Translations under genes and position numbers: made by a program | NCBI GenBank assembly: GCA_963808195.1 | Contig: CAWEEW010000001.1 | Location: 561,130 to 625,129, forward strand | Source: an uncultured Acidobacteriaceae bacterium | Lineage (GTDB): Bacteria > Acidobacteriota > Terriglobia > Terriglobales > Acidobacteriaceae | Length of the DNA stretch: 64,000 bases | Direction: 5' to 3' | Shown here: positions 1-9,728 of the stretch, one piece after another | Position numbering within the stretch: the stretch's first letter is position 1 | How the letters are laid out: the number at the start of each line of letters is the position of its first letter | The notes under the pieces: generated by a model | The model's database searches: none | Told to the model about the DNA's origin: nothing | Seen by the model: the letters and a program-made list of their open reading frames with translations, nothing else

Positions 1-690
1 CTTGCAGGCGGCGAGATCGATCTCTCCCGTGCAGGCGAGGTTGCCATTCTCCGCGCGCTGATACTCCCATTGCATCTGAAAGTGAGCCGACAAGTCCTGC
101 CAGCCGTCGGACGCGCCAACGTATCCCACCGACATCTTCGTCCAGGGCACCGAACAAGCCAGCGCGAGTGCGGTGCCGTTGTTCTCGGCAAAGAACATGG
201 GCACGCCTTTGTAGTCGCCCGCCCACCCAGTATTCCCGTACCCGCAGTTAGCCAGGTGCGGTGACAGCAGCGCGTAAAGGCGATAGTCGGAGATTTGACC
301 CTGCAGCGCTTCAAAGCGAACCTTTTGCAGCACGACGTTGCGGTAGGGATCGGTGAGAACCTCTTTCACGATCCGGTAACGCCCGCCGATTTCTGAGTTA
401 ATCAGGTTGTAACCGGGGATTCCTGGCTCGAAAGGCTGTAGCTCGAAAGTGCAGTGCCGCTTCTCCTCGGAAAAGAAATCAGTTCCGTTGGTGACCATTA
501 ACCCGAAGTCGCGAGTGCACGCCTGATCAACCCGGGGAAAGTACACTTCGTTCAAGATTCCGTGGCTCAGCGTGAACCAGACTTTGCTGTGCTGGTTCAG
601 AGCTGTTCCAATGCCGGTCTTTGCGCTGGAGGTCCATCGCGGTGGGATGCCCGGCCAGCCGGGGGCGTAACGTATCGGCGAATCGCTCAT
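1..690 (-). CDS. Glycoside hydrolase family 15 glucoamylase/glucodextranase-like protein, N-terminal part (rest of gene lies beyond window start)
   Basis: Not in ORF track because there is no stop in the window. My translation of the minus strand from ATG 690-688 gives MSDSPIRYAPGWPGIPPRWTSSAKTGIGTALNQHSKVWFTLSHGILNEVYFPRVDQACTRDFGLMVTNG..., open for 230 codons to position 1. The APGxPGxxPxWTSSxKxGxGTA start matches my memory of bacterial GH15 N-domains. Confidence 0.7.
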   Translation of the reverse strand, partial: MSDSPIRYAPGWPGIPPRWTSSAKTGIGTALNQHSKVWFTLSHGILNEVYFPRVDQACTRDFGLMVTNGTDFFSEEKRHCTFELQPFEPGIPGYNLINSEIGGRYRIVKEVLTDPYRNVVLQKVRFEALQGQISDYRLYALLSPHLANCGYGNTGWAGDYKGVPMFFAENNGTALALACSVPWTKMSVGYVGASDGWQDLSAHFQMQWEYQRAENGNLACTGEIDLAACK

Positions 691-1192
691 GACATATCGT
701 CCTACAAGTGCAGAAAGCCAGAGACTCTTTTCAACTATCCGACTCAGAACAGCTTGTTACCAGAAAAGATCGTAACGAAATAAGACTCGTTAGTTCGAGT
801 TAAGATTCAATTCCTGAAGCGGCGCATCTTTTGCAAACATTTGACAGGAATGGCTCGGCCGCATTACCGCTGATCTGCATCGAGCGATCAAGCGCAAAGT
901 GACCACAGAAGGAATCTTGCCCCGCTACGGAAAGTGGCGACAACAGGACGATTCGAAGCTAAACGCATGGCAGCTACCGCTAACTAGAAAGCCGTCCTAA
1001 GCCTCGCATAGTATCAGTCCTCTGTCTGACCGTGGCTTGGAGCGTCTCAGCGCGTGTGGCTACGGCGGTCGACGCCATTTGTGAACACCTAGCTTGAGCG
1101 GGGCCTTATGAACACCGCACCATCGACTAACCACTTTTCCTGCTATCGTTTCTCCGTCCCTCTCACGGCCCATTCACAAGAAATTTACTCGT

Positions 1193-1210
1193 TTGTAACC
1201 GTCTTGTAAC
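1193..1210 (+). promoter_or_regulatory. Candidate Pho-box-like operator: direct repeat TTGTAAC-cgtc-TTGTAAC (7+4+7, 11-bp phasing) about 55 nt upstream of pstS
   Basis: Exact 7-mer repeated with 4-nt spacer, read directly. This is the same architecture as the enterobacterial PhoB box (7-bp direct repeats with 11-bp period). The position in front of pstS is appropriate. The motif sequence itself is not the E. coli consensus. Confidence 0.35.
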
Positions 1211-1263
1211 ACTGGGCCGATAGAACCGAGGGTACAAATCCAGAGGAGAGGAATCACCGAGCG

Positions 1264-2280
1264 ATGCGCAGACTCATGCCGCTTTTGTTGTGCGCTCTTT
1301 TTGCACTGCCCGTTGTGGGCCAGACTACGTTGAATGGAGCGGGCGCCACTTTCCCGTATCCCATGTATTCCAAGTGGTTCAGCGAATACCGCAAAGTGCA
1401 CTCCGATGTGCAAATCAACTACCAGTCCATCGGGAGCGGCGGCGGCATCCGCCAAGTGACGGAAGGCACGGTGGACTTCGGTGCCAGCGACATGCCCATG
1501 ACCGACGATCAGCTCAAAGAAGCTGAAACCAAGTTGAAAACCAAAGTTCTCAACATTCCCAGCGTGCTGGGCGCGGACGTGCCGGCCTACAACATTCCAG
1601 GAGTGAGCGGGGAGGTGAAGTTTACTCCCGACGCCCTGGCAGGAATTTTTCTAGGAACGATTACCAAGTGGAATGACAAAGCCATCACTAGCGTAAATCC
1701 CGGCGTCAATTTTCCCGACAAGAGCATCATCGTGGTTCACCGCTCCGACGGCAGCGGTACTTCCTTCATCTGGACCGACTATCTGTCGAAGATTAGCCCG
1801 GAGTGGGAGAGCAAGGTGGGCAGGAACACATCCGTCCAGTGGCCGATTGGGCTAGGTGGCAAAGGCAATGAAGGGGTGGCCGGTTCGATTCGGCAATTGC
1901 CGGGAGCGATTGGCTACGTCGAGTTGGTCTATGCGGTGCAAAATAATATTCCTTACGGCCTAGTAAAGAACTCCACGGGAAACTTTGTGAAAGCTTCGCT
2001 GGAGAGCGTTACGGCGGCGGCCGCGTCAGCTCCCAAAATGCCTGCCGATTTTCGCGTCTCGATCACCAACGCTCCGGGCAAGGACGCCTATCCAATTTCC
2101 AGTTTCACCTGGCTGCTGGTCCCGCAGCGAGCGAAGAATCCGGCGAACGGAAAAATCCTGTCGGACTTTCTGAACTGGATGGTTACGGACGGACAAAAAA
2201 TGACCTCTGCCCTCACCTACGCTCCGTTGCCGGACAACGTTGCCCAAAAAGTGAAGGAAGCAATTAAGGAAGTCAAGTAA
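1264..2280 (+). CDS. pstS: Phosphate ABC transporter substrate-binding protein PstS
   Basis: 338-aa ORF with signal peptide, then NGAGATFPYPMYSKWFSEY and HRSDGSGTSFIWTDYL, which are classic PstS motifs. GGAGAGG Shine-Dalgarno upstream. Confidence 0.95.
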   Translation: MRRLMPLLLCALFALPVVGQTTLNGAGATFPYPMYSKWFSEYRKVHSDVQINYQSIGSGGGIRQVTEGTVDFGASDMPMTDDQLKEAETKLKTKVLNIPSVLGADVPAYNIPGVSGEVKFTPDALAGIFLGTITKWNDKAITSVNPGVNFPDKSIIVVHRSDGSGTSFIWTDYLSKISPEWESKVGRNTSVQWPIGLGGKGNEGVAGSIRQLPGAIGYVELVYAVQNNIPYGLVKNSTGNFVKASLESVTAAAASAPKMPADFRVSITNAPGKDAYPISSFTWLLVPQRAKNPANGKILSDFLNWMVTDGQKMTSALTYAPLPDNVAQKVKEAIKEVK

Positions 2281-2281
2281 A

Positions 2282-2300
2282 GGGGCTCGAGAGGAGCCCC
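2282..2300 (+). terminator. Intercistronic hairpin after pstS (GGGGCTC-gagag-GAGCCCC), possible attenuator or mRNA stabiliser
   Basis: 7-bp GC-rich stem directly after the pstS stop. No clear U-tract follows, so it may not fully terminate. Confidence 0.35.
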
Positions 2301-2332
2301 ATATTCATTCCAGTTAAAAAATGGAGGGTGTA

Positions 2333-4174
2333 ATGAACTCTATAGGGAAGTGGTGCGCAGTTTTATTTCTAGCGACAACTCTGGTAGCGCAAACCAGCGC
2401 GCCGCCTAAGCCCAAGAAGCCGAGACCGGCGGCTACAGTGACCGCGGCCGATGTGCAGGCTTTGAAGGACGCAATTGCCTCGCAACAAGCTGCGTTGGCG
2501 GCACAACACCAGGAAATCGAAGCGCTGCGCGACGAACTGCACCGCAAAGATCAAGCTGTGCAGCAGGTGCAAACCGCTGCCACCGACGCCGTTACCAAGG
2601 CCGACGCTGCCCAGTCAACGGCCAGTCAGCAGCAGCAGACAGTGACTGAGTTGAAGAGCGATGTCACCGATATCAAGGGCAACCTTACCAACACAGCTCT
2701 GTCTTTGCAGGAAACGCAGAAGAACGTCACGGAGATTGTGCAGAGTCCGGCCGCCCTGCATTTCAAGGGCATCACCATTACCCCGGGTGGCTTCCTGGCG
2801 GCTGAATTTGTCCGCCGCTCGCGTGCCCTGGGCGCCGACATTAATACACCCTTCAACTCCCTGACCATGCCCGGCGCGACGCAGAGCACGCTGTCAGAAT
2901 TCTTCGGTTCGGGCCGTCAGTCGCGCCTTTCCATGCTGGCGGAAGGGAAGTTAAGCAACGTCAAGTTGTCAGGCTACGTGGAAGCTGACTTTCTCTCCGC
3001 GGGTGTCACTTCGAACAACAACGAGAGCAACAGCTATACCCTCCGCCAGCGGCAGGCGTGGGGGCAAGCGGCCTTCAAGAACGGTTGGAGCTTCACGGGC
3101 GGCCAGATGTGGAGTCTCGTGACCGAGACCAAACACGGCATGGACAACCGCACGGAAGCCGTGCCCATGACCATCGATCCGCAGTATACCGCCGGCTTCA
3201 GTTGGGCGCGGCAATACGGCATTCGTCTCACCAAGGATTTCGGTGATAAGGCCTGGTTCGGGGTTTCCATGGAAAATGCGCAGGCTACGATCACGACTCA
3301 TGGAAACGCCGCCAACTGGGTGGCTGGCTCGCTCGGTGCCAGCGGTGGTCTTTACAATGCCTTCAATGCGAATTATTCCTTCAACCCATCGCCGGACATC
3401 ATTGCGAAGGCGGTCTATGAGCCCGGCTTTGGACATTACGAAGTCTATGGCATTTACAGCCGCTTCCGTGACCGGGCCTTTCCATGCGTCGAGAATTTTG
3501 CCGACCCGGCCTGTGGCGCGGGTCTGACGGCGGCGAGTCCTGCTCTCGCCTTCAATAATTCGAAAGACGGCGGCGGCGTGGGCGCGAATGCTCGCTGGTC
3601 TTTCTACCAGAAACATCTCGACTTCGGCATTCATGCCCTTACTGGACGAGGCATCGGCCGCTACGGCACAAGTGGACTTCCCGACTCTGCTGTGCACGCG
3701 GATGGAACCCTCGATCTGGTTCGTTCCTACCAGGCGCTTGCCACCCTCGAGTGGCACGGACCAAAGCTCGATGTTTACCTGAACGGAGGCGGCGAGTATG
3801 CCGGCCGCACCGATGACTTCGATCCGATCTCTGGCAAGTTTGTCGGCTACGGGTCGCCGTTCTTTTCGAATAAAGGCTGTTACTCCGAAACAGTCCCGGG
3901 CTCTACTACGACTTCAGGAACCGGCCAGACCCTTGGATTTCTTCCTGGTAGCTTGGCGAATTGCACGGCTGACACTCGCATCGTGCTCGAGGGTACGGTG
4001 GGCTTCTGGTACCGCTTCTACAACGGTCCTAAGGGTCGTTTCCAGTGGGGTCCGCAGTTTTCTTACGTAGAACGCGACACCTGGTCGGGAACCGGCTTTA
4101 CGCCGGGAGTGGGCGTCTCGCCCCACGGTCTTGACGGGATGATCTTTACGTCGTTCCGTTATTACCTGCCATAG
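2333..4174 (+). CDS. Putative outer-membrane beta-barrel porin with N-terminal coiled coil (candidate phosphate/anion channel)
   Basis: ORF 2321..4174. ATG 2333 is preceded by GGAGGG. Signal peptide (AVLFLATTLVAQT), then about 130 aa of heptad-like Q/A/E/K-rich sequence. Alternating aromatic/Gly-rich strands follow, ending ...GMIFTSFRYYLP. Function inferred from position next to pstS. Confidence 0.6.
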   Translation: MNSIGKWCAVLFLATTLVAQTSAPPKPKKPRPAATVTAADVQALKDAIASQQAALAAQHQEIEALRDELHRKDQAVQQVQTAATDAVTKADAAQSTASQQQQTVTELKSDVTDIKGNLTNTALSLQETQKNVTEIVQSPAALHFKGITITPGGFLAAEFVRRSRALGADINTPFNSLTMPGATQSTLSEFFGSGRQSRLSMLAEGKLSNVKLSGYVEADFLSAGVTSNNNESNSYTLRQRQAWGQAAFKNGWSFTGGQMWSLVTETKHGMDNRTEAVPMTIDPQYTAGFSWARQYGIRLTKDFGDKAWFGVSMENAQATITTHGNAANWVAGSLGASGGLYNAFNANYSFNPSPDIIAKAVYEPGFGHYEVYGIYSRFRDRAFPCVENFADPACGAGLTAASPALAFNNSKDGGGVGANARWSFYQKHLDFGIHALTGRGIGRYGTSGLPDSAVHADGTLDLVRSYQALATLEWHGPKLDVYLNGGGEYAGRTDDFDPISGKFVGYGSPFFSNKGCYSETVPGSTTTSGTGQTLGFLPGSLANCTADTRIVLEGTVGFWYRFYNGPKGRFQWGPQFSYVERDTWSGTGFTPGVGVSPHGLDGMIFTSFRYYLP

Positions 4175-4530
4175 AACGTGCCGGAGGGATGTGTCGCGGC
4201 GAATCGGAAGGCGAAGTCGGAACGCAGAACAACTTAAGAGTGCAGAAATACAGAATAATGATCATGGTTGGTCTTACTTGCTTTCTGCATTCTAGCTTTT
4301 GTCCCTGACGCTCAATTCCTCAGGTTTTGCGGCAATTGTGCAACGATTTTGCCCATTCTGATTCGCCTGCTGCGCTGCCGTGCGGGATGCTTTATACTAG
4401 CTGTTCGCAGATGTTTCGCCGGCCGCTTCATAGGGAAATGCGGCTCGGCGTTCCCGGGATCAAGTGCGGACCGGTTACAAGTCCCCGTCGGCAAGGAAAA
4501 TCGCAGAATGAAGGCGTAGTACCCTCGCGC

Positions 4531-6687
4531 ATGGCACGGCTTTCGCTGGACAATCCTCAGTATTTTCTCAACCGTGATACCTCATGGATCGCATTCAACC
4601 GGCGTGTGCTCGAAGAGTCGGAGGATGCCGGCAACCCGCTGCTGGAGCGCCTGAAGTTTCTCGCGATTTCTGCCAGCAACATGGATGAGTTTTTTGAGAT
4701 TCGCGTCGCCGCCATGATGCAGCAGATTGAGGATGGCTATAACGAGGCTGGTCCCGATGGCCTCACGCTCACCGAAAAGCGTGACATTCTCTCCCGTCTT
4801 ACCCATGCCTTCGTCGACGATCAGTACGAATGCTGGAATACTCTGCGCCCGGCGCTCGCCGAGCATGGCATTCGCGTCCTCAGTCTGCACGAACTCGATG
4901 CTGAGGCTCGCCGCTTCGTAGACCAATACTGTGAGAAAGAGCTCGATCCGCTTCTCACTCCGGTAACGGTCGATCCATCGCACCCCTTTCCGCGAGTGAT
5001 CAACAAGGCGCTTTGTCTCGGCTTTCTTTTGCGTCGGCGGCGCCGTTCGGCGCTCGTTTATACCGGCGTGGTCTCGGTGCCCCGCGCTCTGCCTCGCCTC
5101 GTCCGGTTGCCTTCGGACACGACTACAGATTTTATTTTTCTCGCCGACCTGGTCGCTCATCACGCCCAGAATATGTATCACGGCTACGATATCGTTTCTT
5201 CCGCTCCATTCCGCGTCACCCGCAACAGCAATCTTTATCTACAGGAAGAAGAAGCGCGGAATCTGCTCGAATCGGTGCGCGCCGAGTTGCACAACCGGCG
5301 CAAGGGCGATGCGGTTCGCATGGAGATCGAAGCCGACGCCGATCCCGAAATCATCGAGCGCCTCCGAACGGTTTTCGAACTCGATCCTTGGCAAGTTTTT
5401 CCGGTGAATGGTCCGGTAAATCTTTCGCGGCTGTTCAATGTCTACGAGCAGACGCCGCGCCCCGATCTCAAGTTCCGCTCCTTTGCTCCACGCGAGTTGC
5501 GCCTCACCGCAAAGTCTCAGAACCTGTTCGAGGAACTTCGGAGGCATGACGTCTTGCTGCACCATCCGTACGATTCGTATGACGCCGTCATTTCGTTCAT
5601 CGAATCGGCCGCGGAAGACGATGCGGTGCTTTCGATCAAGCAGACTCTCTACCGCACCAACGAGCATTCGTTGATCGTTCCTTCACTCATCGATGCCGCC
5701 TCGCGAAAAGAAGTCACAGCGGTGGTCGAGTTGAAGGCGCGCTTCGACGAGGCCCACAACATCCGCTGGGCGCGCGATTTGGAAGATGCCGGCGTGCAAG
5801 TGTTTCACGGACTGGTCGGTCTGAAAACGCACTGCAAACTTTCTCTACTGGTGCGCCGCGATCCCGATGGGGTGCGCAGCTACGCGCACATCGGAACCGG
5901 CAACTACAACGCCACCACTGCGCGAATCTACACCGATCTTAGTTTGTTTACCGCGAATCTGGAGATCACACGGGCCGTGCACGATGTTTTCAGTTTCCTC
6001 ACCGCGTATGCCGAGAATCCCAGCTATGATCCGTTGCTGGTCGCTCCCCTCGATCTCGCGGAAAAAACGATTGCCCTCATCGACCGCGAAGCGGAGCACG
6101 CTCGCCAAGGCCGCCCCGGGCGAATCATTGCGAAGATGAACGCCCTGCTCGATAAGAATGTGGTGCAAGCGTTATATCGCGCTTCGCAGGCCGGCGCCGA
6201 GATCGATCTGATTGTGCGCGGCATCTGTGCCTTGCGTCCGGGCGTGCGCGGCCTGAGTGACCGCATCCGTGTCCGCAGCATCGTGGATCGATTTCTTGAG
6301 CACAGCCGCATCTATTACTTCGGCAATGGAGGCGAAGAAGAAATCTACATTGGCAGCGCCGACTGGATGCCGCGCAATCTCTACGAGCGGGTTGAAGTGC
6401 TGGTTCCGTTGCGCGACGAATTCTTGCGCGAGCGGGTGCGTCGCGAGATTCTGGACGCCTACCTCGCCGATAACCGCAAGGCTCGCATCTTGCTGAGGGA
6501 TGCCACCTATATTCGCGCCTGGCAGCCGATGCACGGCAAACGCAGTCGCAGACCGCCGACGGGCGCCGCCGCGTTCAGCGCTCAGGATTATCTGATCGGG
6601 GTAGCCGAAGGCAAGGAGCCCGCCGGGTTTGCGCCGCCGCCCATGCTTGCGAGGAAACGCAAAGCTCCAGCCGGAAGAGAAAGATAA
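4531..6687 (+). CDS. ppk: Polyphosphate kinase 1
   Basis: ORF 4327..6687. The conserved PPK1 N-terminus starts at ATG 4531 (MARLSLDNPQYFLNRDTSWIAFNRRVLEE). Full-length PPK1 motifs run throughout (HLHKCLSL-like THCKLSLLVRR, two PLD-like C-domains). Confidence 0.95.
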   Translation: MARLSLDNPQYFLNRDTSWIAFNRRVLEESEDAGNPLLERLKFLAISASNMDEFFEIRVAAMMQQIEDGYNEAGPDGLTLTEKRDILSRLTHAFVDDQYECWNTLRPALAEHGIRVLSLHELDAEARRFVDQYCEKELDPLLTPVTVDPSHPFPRVINKALCLGFLLRRRRRSALVYTGVVSVPRALPRLVRLPSDTTTDFIFLADLVAHHAQNMYHGYDIVSSAPFRVTRNSNLYLQEEEARNLLESVRAELHNRRKGDAVRMEIEADADPEIIERLRTVFELDPWQVFPVNGPVNLSRLFNVYEQTPRPDLKFRSFAPRELRLTAKSQNLFEELRRHDVLLHHPYDSYDAVISFIESAAEDDAVLSIKQTLYRTNEHSLIVPSLIDAASRKEVTAVVELKARFDEAHNIRWARDLEDAGVQVFHGLVGLKTHCKLSLLVRRDPDGVRSYAHIGTGNYNATTARIYTDLSLFTANLEITRAVHDVFSFLTAYAENPSYDPLLVAPLDLAEKTIALIDREAEHARQGRPGRIIAKMNALLDKNVVQALYRASQAGAEIDLIVRGICALRPGVRGLSDRIRVRSIVDRFLEHSRIYYFGNGGEEEIYIGSADWMPRNLYERVEVLVPLRDEFLRERVRREILDAYLADNRKARILLRDATYIRAWQPMHGKRSRRPPTGAAAFSAQDYLIGVAEGKEPAGFAPPPMLARKRKAPAGRER

Positions 6688-6702
6688 CCTAGAAAAATCG
6701 CC

Positions 6703-7233
6703 ATGATCCTATATTTCTTGCGTCACGCCAGCGCCGGCGAACCCTTCCTCAACCCCAAGAAAGACGAGAAACGTGCGCTCGATAAAGAAGGGATCGAGCA
6801 GTGCGGTTTTGTCGGACGCGCTCTGGCTGCGGTCGAAGCGCAGGTCGACCTCATCATTTCCAGTCCGCTGAAGCGCGCTACGCAGACTGCGTCGTTAGTT
6901 GGCAATGAAATGGGCTACGAAGGAAAACTGCAGATTGAAGCCGCGTTGCGTCCGGGTGCCAGCTTCGCCGACTTCCGCCGTCTGCTTGAAAAATATGCGG
7001 GCCAGGAATCGATCATGGTCGTTGGACACAATCCCAATCTCAGCCAGTTCCTGGGAACAGTGATCAGCGAATCGGGCTGCGAAGCCTCCGTAGAATTGAA
7101 GAAGGGCGCTGTAGCCCGCGTGGACATGCGACGTAGCTCGGGCACTTTGCTTTGGTGTTTCACTCCGAAAACGCTGCGCACGCTTTACGCCACCGCGGTG
7201 GAAAGTTCACGCCCGAACACTTCGCGGAAGTAA
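6703..7233 (+). CDS. sixA: Phosphohistidine phosphatase SixA-like (histidine phosphatase superfamily)
   Basis: MILYFLRHASAGE... and VVGHNPNLSQF motifs typical of SixA. 15 nt after the ppk stop. Confidence 0.8.
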   Translation: MILYFLRHASAGEPFLNPKKDEKRALDKEGIEQCGFVGRALAAVEAQVDLIISSPLKRATQTASLVGNEMGYEGKLQIEAALRPGASFADFRRLLEKYAGQESIMVVGHNPNLSQFLGTVISESGCEASVELKKGAVARVDMRRSSGTLLWCFTPKTLRTLYATAVESSRPNTSRK

Positions 7234-8714
7234 GCGCAGTCCTTCTCCACTGCCCATAATTCCAAGTCAACTCCCATGCGCCGTCGCGGAACCAGTGTCA
7301 AACGAACCTCAGCGCCATGCAGAGTAACCCGCACTTTTTGCACGGCGCGGCTCCGGCCCAGGTTCAATGCGCGGGCCAGGCGCAAGAGCAAAATTGCTTT
7401 CTGCACGCCAGCGCGGTCCGCGGGATCGAGCGCCTTCATGGGAGCGTCTTCTACAATCGGCCGCGATTTTCCCAGATAGCGTGCGATCGCCGCGATCAGC
7501 CGCCTCTGCTGCGGCGTGTAACCCAGAATTTCCGAGTTCGAAATAATGTAATACGTGTGCCGGTGATGCCCGTTGCGGTTGACGTAATCTCCAACCTCGT
7601 AAAGCATGGCCGCCGCTGAAAGCCATTCGCGAAATTCCGGGGTCAGCCCATGCACCGTACGCAGCGCGGAGAATAGAAGCATCGCGGATTCGCGCACGTC
7701 GAGCGCGTGTTTCATGTCCACGTGATAATGTGCGACCGCCCGGGTAATCGATTCCCAGCGCTCCGATTCAACCTGTTTCCCCGAGCGCGTGCTGCGGTCA
7801 TATTCGGCAGCCATCTGCGCCAGCAAACCATCGCGCAGGCCGAGCGGCGAATAGCGAAAACCCTTGAGATGACAGCGACCGAGCAACTCGTCGTAGACCG
7901 CGGCGCCCGCCACAATAATTTCGGCTCGCCTTGGACCAATACCTTCAATCTGCCGCCGCTGTTCCACCGGCAATCGGGCCAGTCTCTTCGCGATTCGCGT
8001 CATCTCTGCACTGGAGACGACTAGGCGCTGGCGAGTTCCATTCTTTCGCAGCTTACTGGCGGCGGCCGTGAGGGCTGCAGCAGTTCCTGACGTGGCAATT
8101 ACATTCTTAACTTTGGCCGCAACGATGCGAGGCGCGATGCGATTCACTTCCCGAGCGACGAAGCCTTGCAGCCGTTTGAGTTCTCCTTTGCGCGGCGGAT
8201 CGTGGCTCAGAAATTCATCAGTCAGGCGAACTGCGCCAAGAGGCAGACTTACCAAGTCGCGAATGTGGCCCCGCCACGAAACTGTCAACTCGCAACTGCC
8301 TCCGCCCAAATCCATCATGAGCGTAGGCGCAGTGTCTACTCGAAGATTCGAAACCAGACCAAGGTGAATCAGCCGCGCCTCTTCGAGGCCTGAGACAATT
8401 TCGACGTTCCATCCAGTCGCCGAGCGCACCCATTCGAGAAATGCCTGCGAATTGCGGGCGTCGCGCAGCGCGCTGGTGGCGACTACGCGCACGGTATCAG
8501 TAACGATCTGTTGCGTGGCTCGATGAAAACGGCGTAGAACCTTCACCGTCTCCGCCATGGACTCCGGTGTAAGAAAGCCTGAACGAAAAACGCCCTCGCC
8601 CAGTCGCGTAACTTCGCGGTCTTCGTGAACTGCGCGAAGCCGCCCTCGGGTGAGGCGCGCGATCTTCAGTCGAACGGAGTTGGAACCAATATCAACCGCC
8701 GCAAAGGTTGGCAT
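7185..8714 (-). CDS. ppx: Exopolyphosphatase / guanosine pentaphosphate phosphohydrolase (Ppx/GppA family) with C-terminal HD-like region
   Basis: MPTFAAVDIGSNSVRLKIA..., DLGGGSCE and TSGTAAAL are ASKHA-fold Ppx/GppA motifs. 509 aa. Confidence 0.9.
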   Translation of the reverse strand: MPTFAAVDIGSNSVRLKIARLTRGRLRAVHEDREVTRLGEGVFRSGFLTPESMAETVKVLRRFHRATQQIVTDTVRVVATSALRDARNSQAFLEWVRSATGWNVEIVSGLEEARLIHLGLVSNLRVDTAPTLMMDLGGGSCELTVSWRGHIRDLVSLPLGAVRLTDEFLSHDPPRKGELKRLQGFVAREVNRIAPRIVAAKVKNVIATSGTAAALTAAASKLRKNGTRQRLVVSSAEMTRIAKRLARLPVEQRRQIEGIGPRRAEIIVAGAAVYDELLGRCHLKGFRYSPLGLRDGLLAQMAAEYDRSTRSGKQVESERWESITRAVAHYHVDMKHALDVRESAMLLFSALRTVHGLTPEFREWLSAAAMLYEVGDYVNRNGHHRHTYYIISNSEILGYTPQQRRLIAAIARYLGKSRPIVEDAPMKALDPADRAGVQKAILLLRLARALNLGRSRAVQKVRVTLHGAEVRLTLVPRRRMGVDLELWAVEKDCAYFREVFGRELSTAVA

Positions 8715-8982
8715 GAGGCAAGGTCCACAGTTTACATGCCACGGCTCTTGCCGGTCATCCGATGAATTTGTTTATTGTTTGGGAGGTATGCGGCAGATCT
8801 CGGTGGTGTCTTGAATGACGTGTTGCCGCTGTAGGTCGGAAAAGCCAAGGCCGTGATTAGTTAAGGCGCAACGGCATTCCTGCTTCGATGTGGGCAGTGC
8901 TCCGCGACGGCTGCTTTATTTGCGGGGCCCAGCCGGAGCCAGCCCGCACACTCATCGCTCGTTCCACGTCTCCGCCGTGCGG

Positions 8983-9531
8983 TTACTTCACGGCGTCCAC
9001 GGCATCTTCTTGCCGCAGCCACAGCGCCTGTTGAGTATGTAAATTGTCGTTCAGTTCCTTGAGGTCGTCCACGGAAAAGGGAGTTCCATCCGGCTTTTTG
9101 TTATCTTGCAAGACAAAGCGAATCGCCTTGCCTTGGCGAACCGCCTCATCCATCCAAAGCTTTCCGTCGCCTTTCTCGTAGCAACTCTTCTTCAAGAACA
9201 CCGTGAGCATCGTCCGGTGCTGGCTTACGGCATTAGCGATGGAATCGAGAGCCTTCTGGGTGGACGGCTCGCTGGCTTCGCCTCCATCCATACACCCGTA
9301 TGGGCACGACGCTCCCGTAGCGCACATCTTCCCCGGGGAGCAAGAACACGTTCCATCGCACGCCCCGAACACGCATTCGCAGCCGACGACATGCGTGCCG
9401 TTGAGAACTGGCCTTGTGTTGAAGCACAATATCCCCGCGCAGATATCGGCTATTTCGGGCTGGATATGTTGACCGAACGCAAATGTGCCAGCGGCGATTG
9501 CGGCCAGAGCTAGAACGATTCGTAGTTTCAT
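8983..9531 (-). CDS. Secreted cysteine-rich hypothetical protein
   Basis: 182-aa ORF with signal peptide (MKLRIVLALAAIAAGTFAFG). A dense Cys cluster follows (CAGILCF...GCECVFGACDGTCSCSPGKMCATGASCPYGC), then a Cys-poor C-terminal half. No family recognised. Confidence 0.6.
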   Translation of the reverse strand: MKLRIVLALAAIAAGTFAFGQHIQPEIADICAGILCFNTRPVLNGTHVVGCECVFGACDGTCSCSPGKMCATGASCPYGCMDGGEASEPSTQKALDSIANAVSQHRTMLTVFLKKSCYEKGDGKLWMDEAVRQGKAIRFVLQDNKKPDGTPFSVDDLKELNDNLHTQQALWLRQEDAVDAVK

Positions 9532-9728
9532 GGGTTACCTCCGTTTACATATTTACTTATGATCGAGCCGTTATTTCCCTTAGGGAAGGGCGTTTGCGCA
9601 CTCCCGGTTCCGCGGAAAGAATGGATTTATCTCCGATGCGCCTTCTTCTCCCGGGCTGCGGCTTTGGAAGCTTTGGTGGCAAGTTCACGGCGCTCCGTCG
9701 CGGTCATTCGTCCATGCGGAGAAGATAC

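Noticed and set aside
691-1172. Long (about 570 nt) intergenic region before pstS examined for sRNA, small ORF or riboswitch
   Set aside because: Only very short ORFs (for example 7 codons at about 851) and no recognisable structured-RNA motif. Nothing supportable beyond the repeat at 1193-1210.
2969-3757. 262-aa minus-strand ORF
   Set aside because: It lies antisense to the porin gene and has no motifs.
4327-4530. 68-codon N-terminal extension of the ppk ORF in the track
   Set aside because: The conserved PPK1 N-terminus begins at ATG 4531. The upstream part is Cys/Arg-rich with no resemblance to PPK and is most likely untranslated leader.
7185-7233. 49-nt convergent overlap of sixA and ppx 3' ends
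   Set aside because: Both ORFs are intact, and such overlaps occur in compact genomes. There is no evidence of special function.
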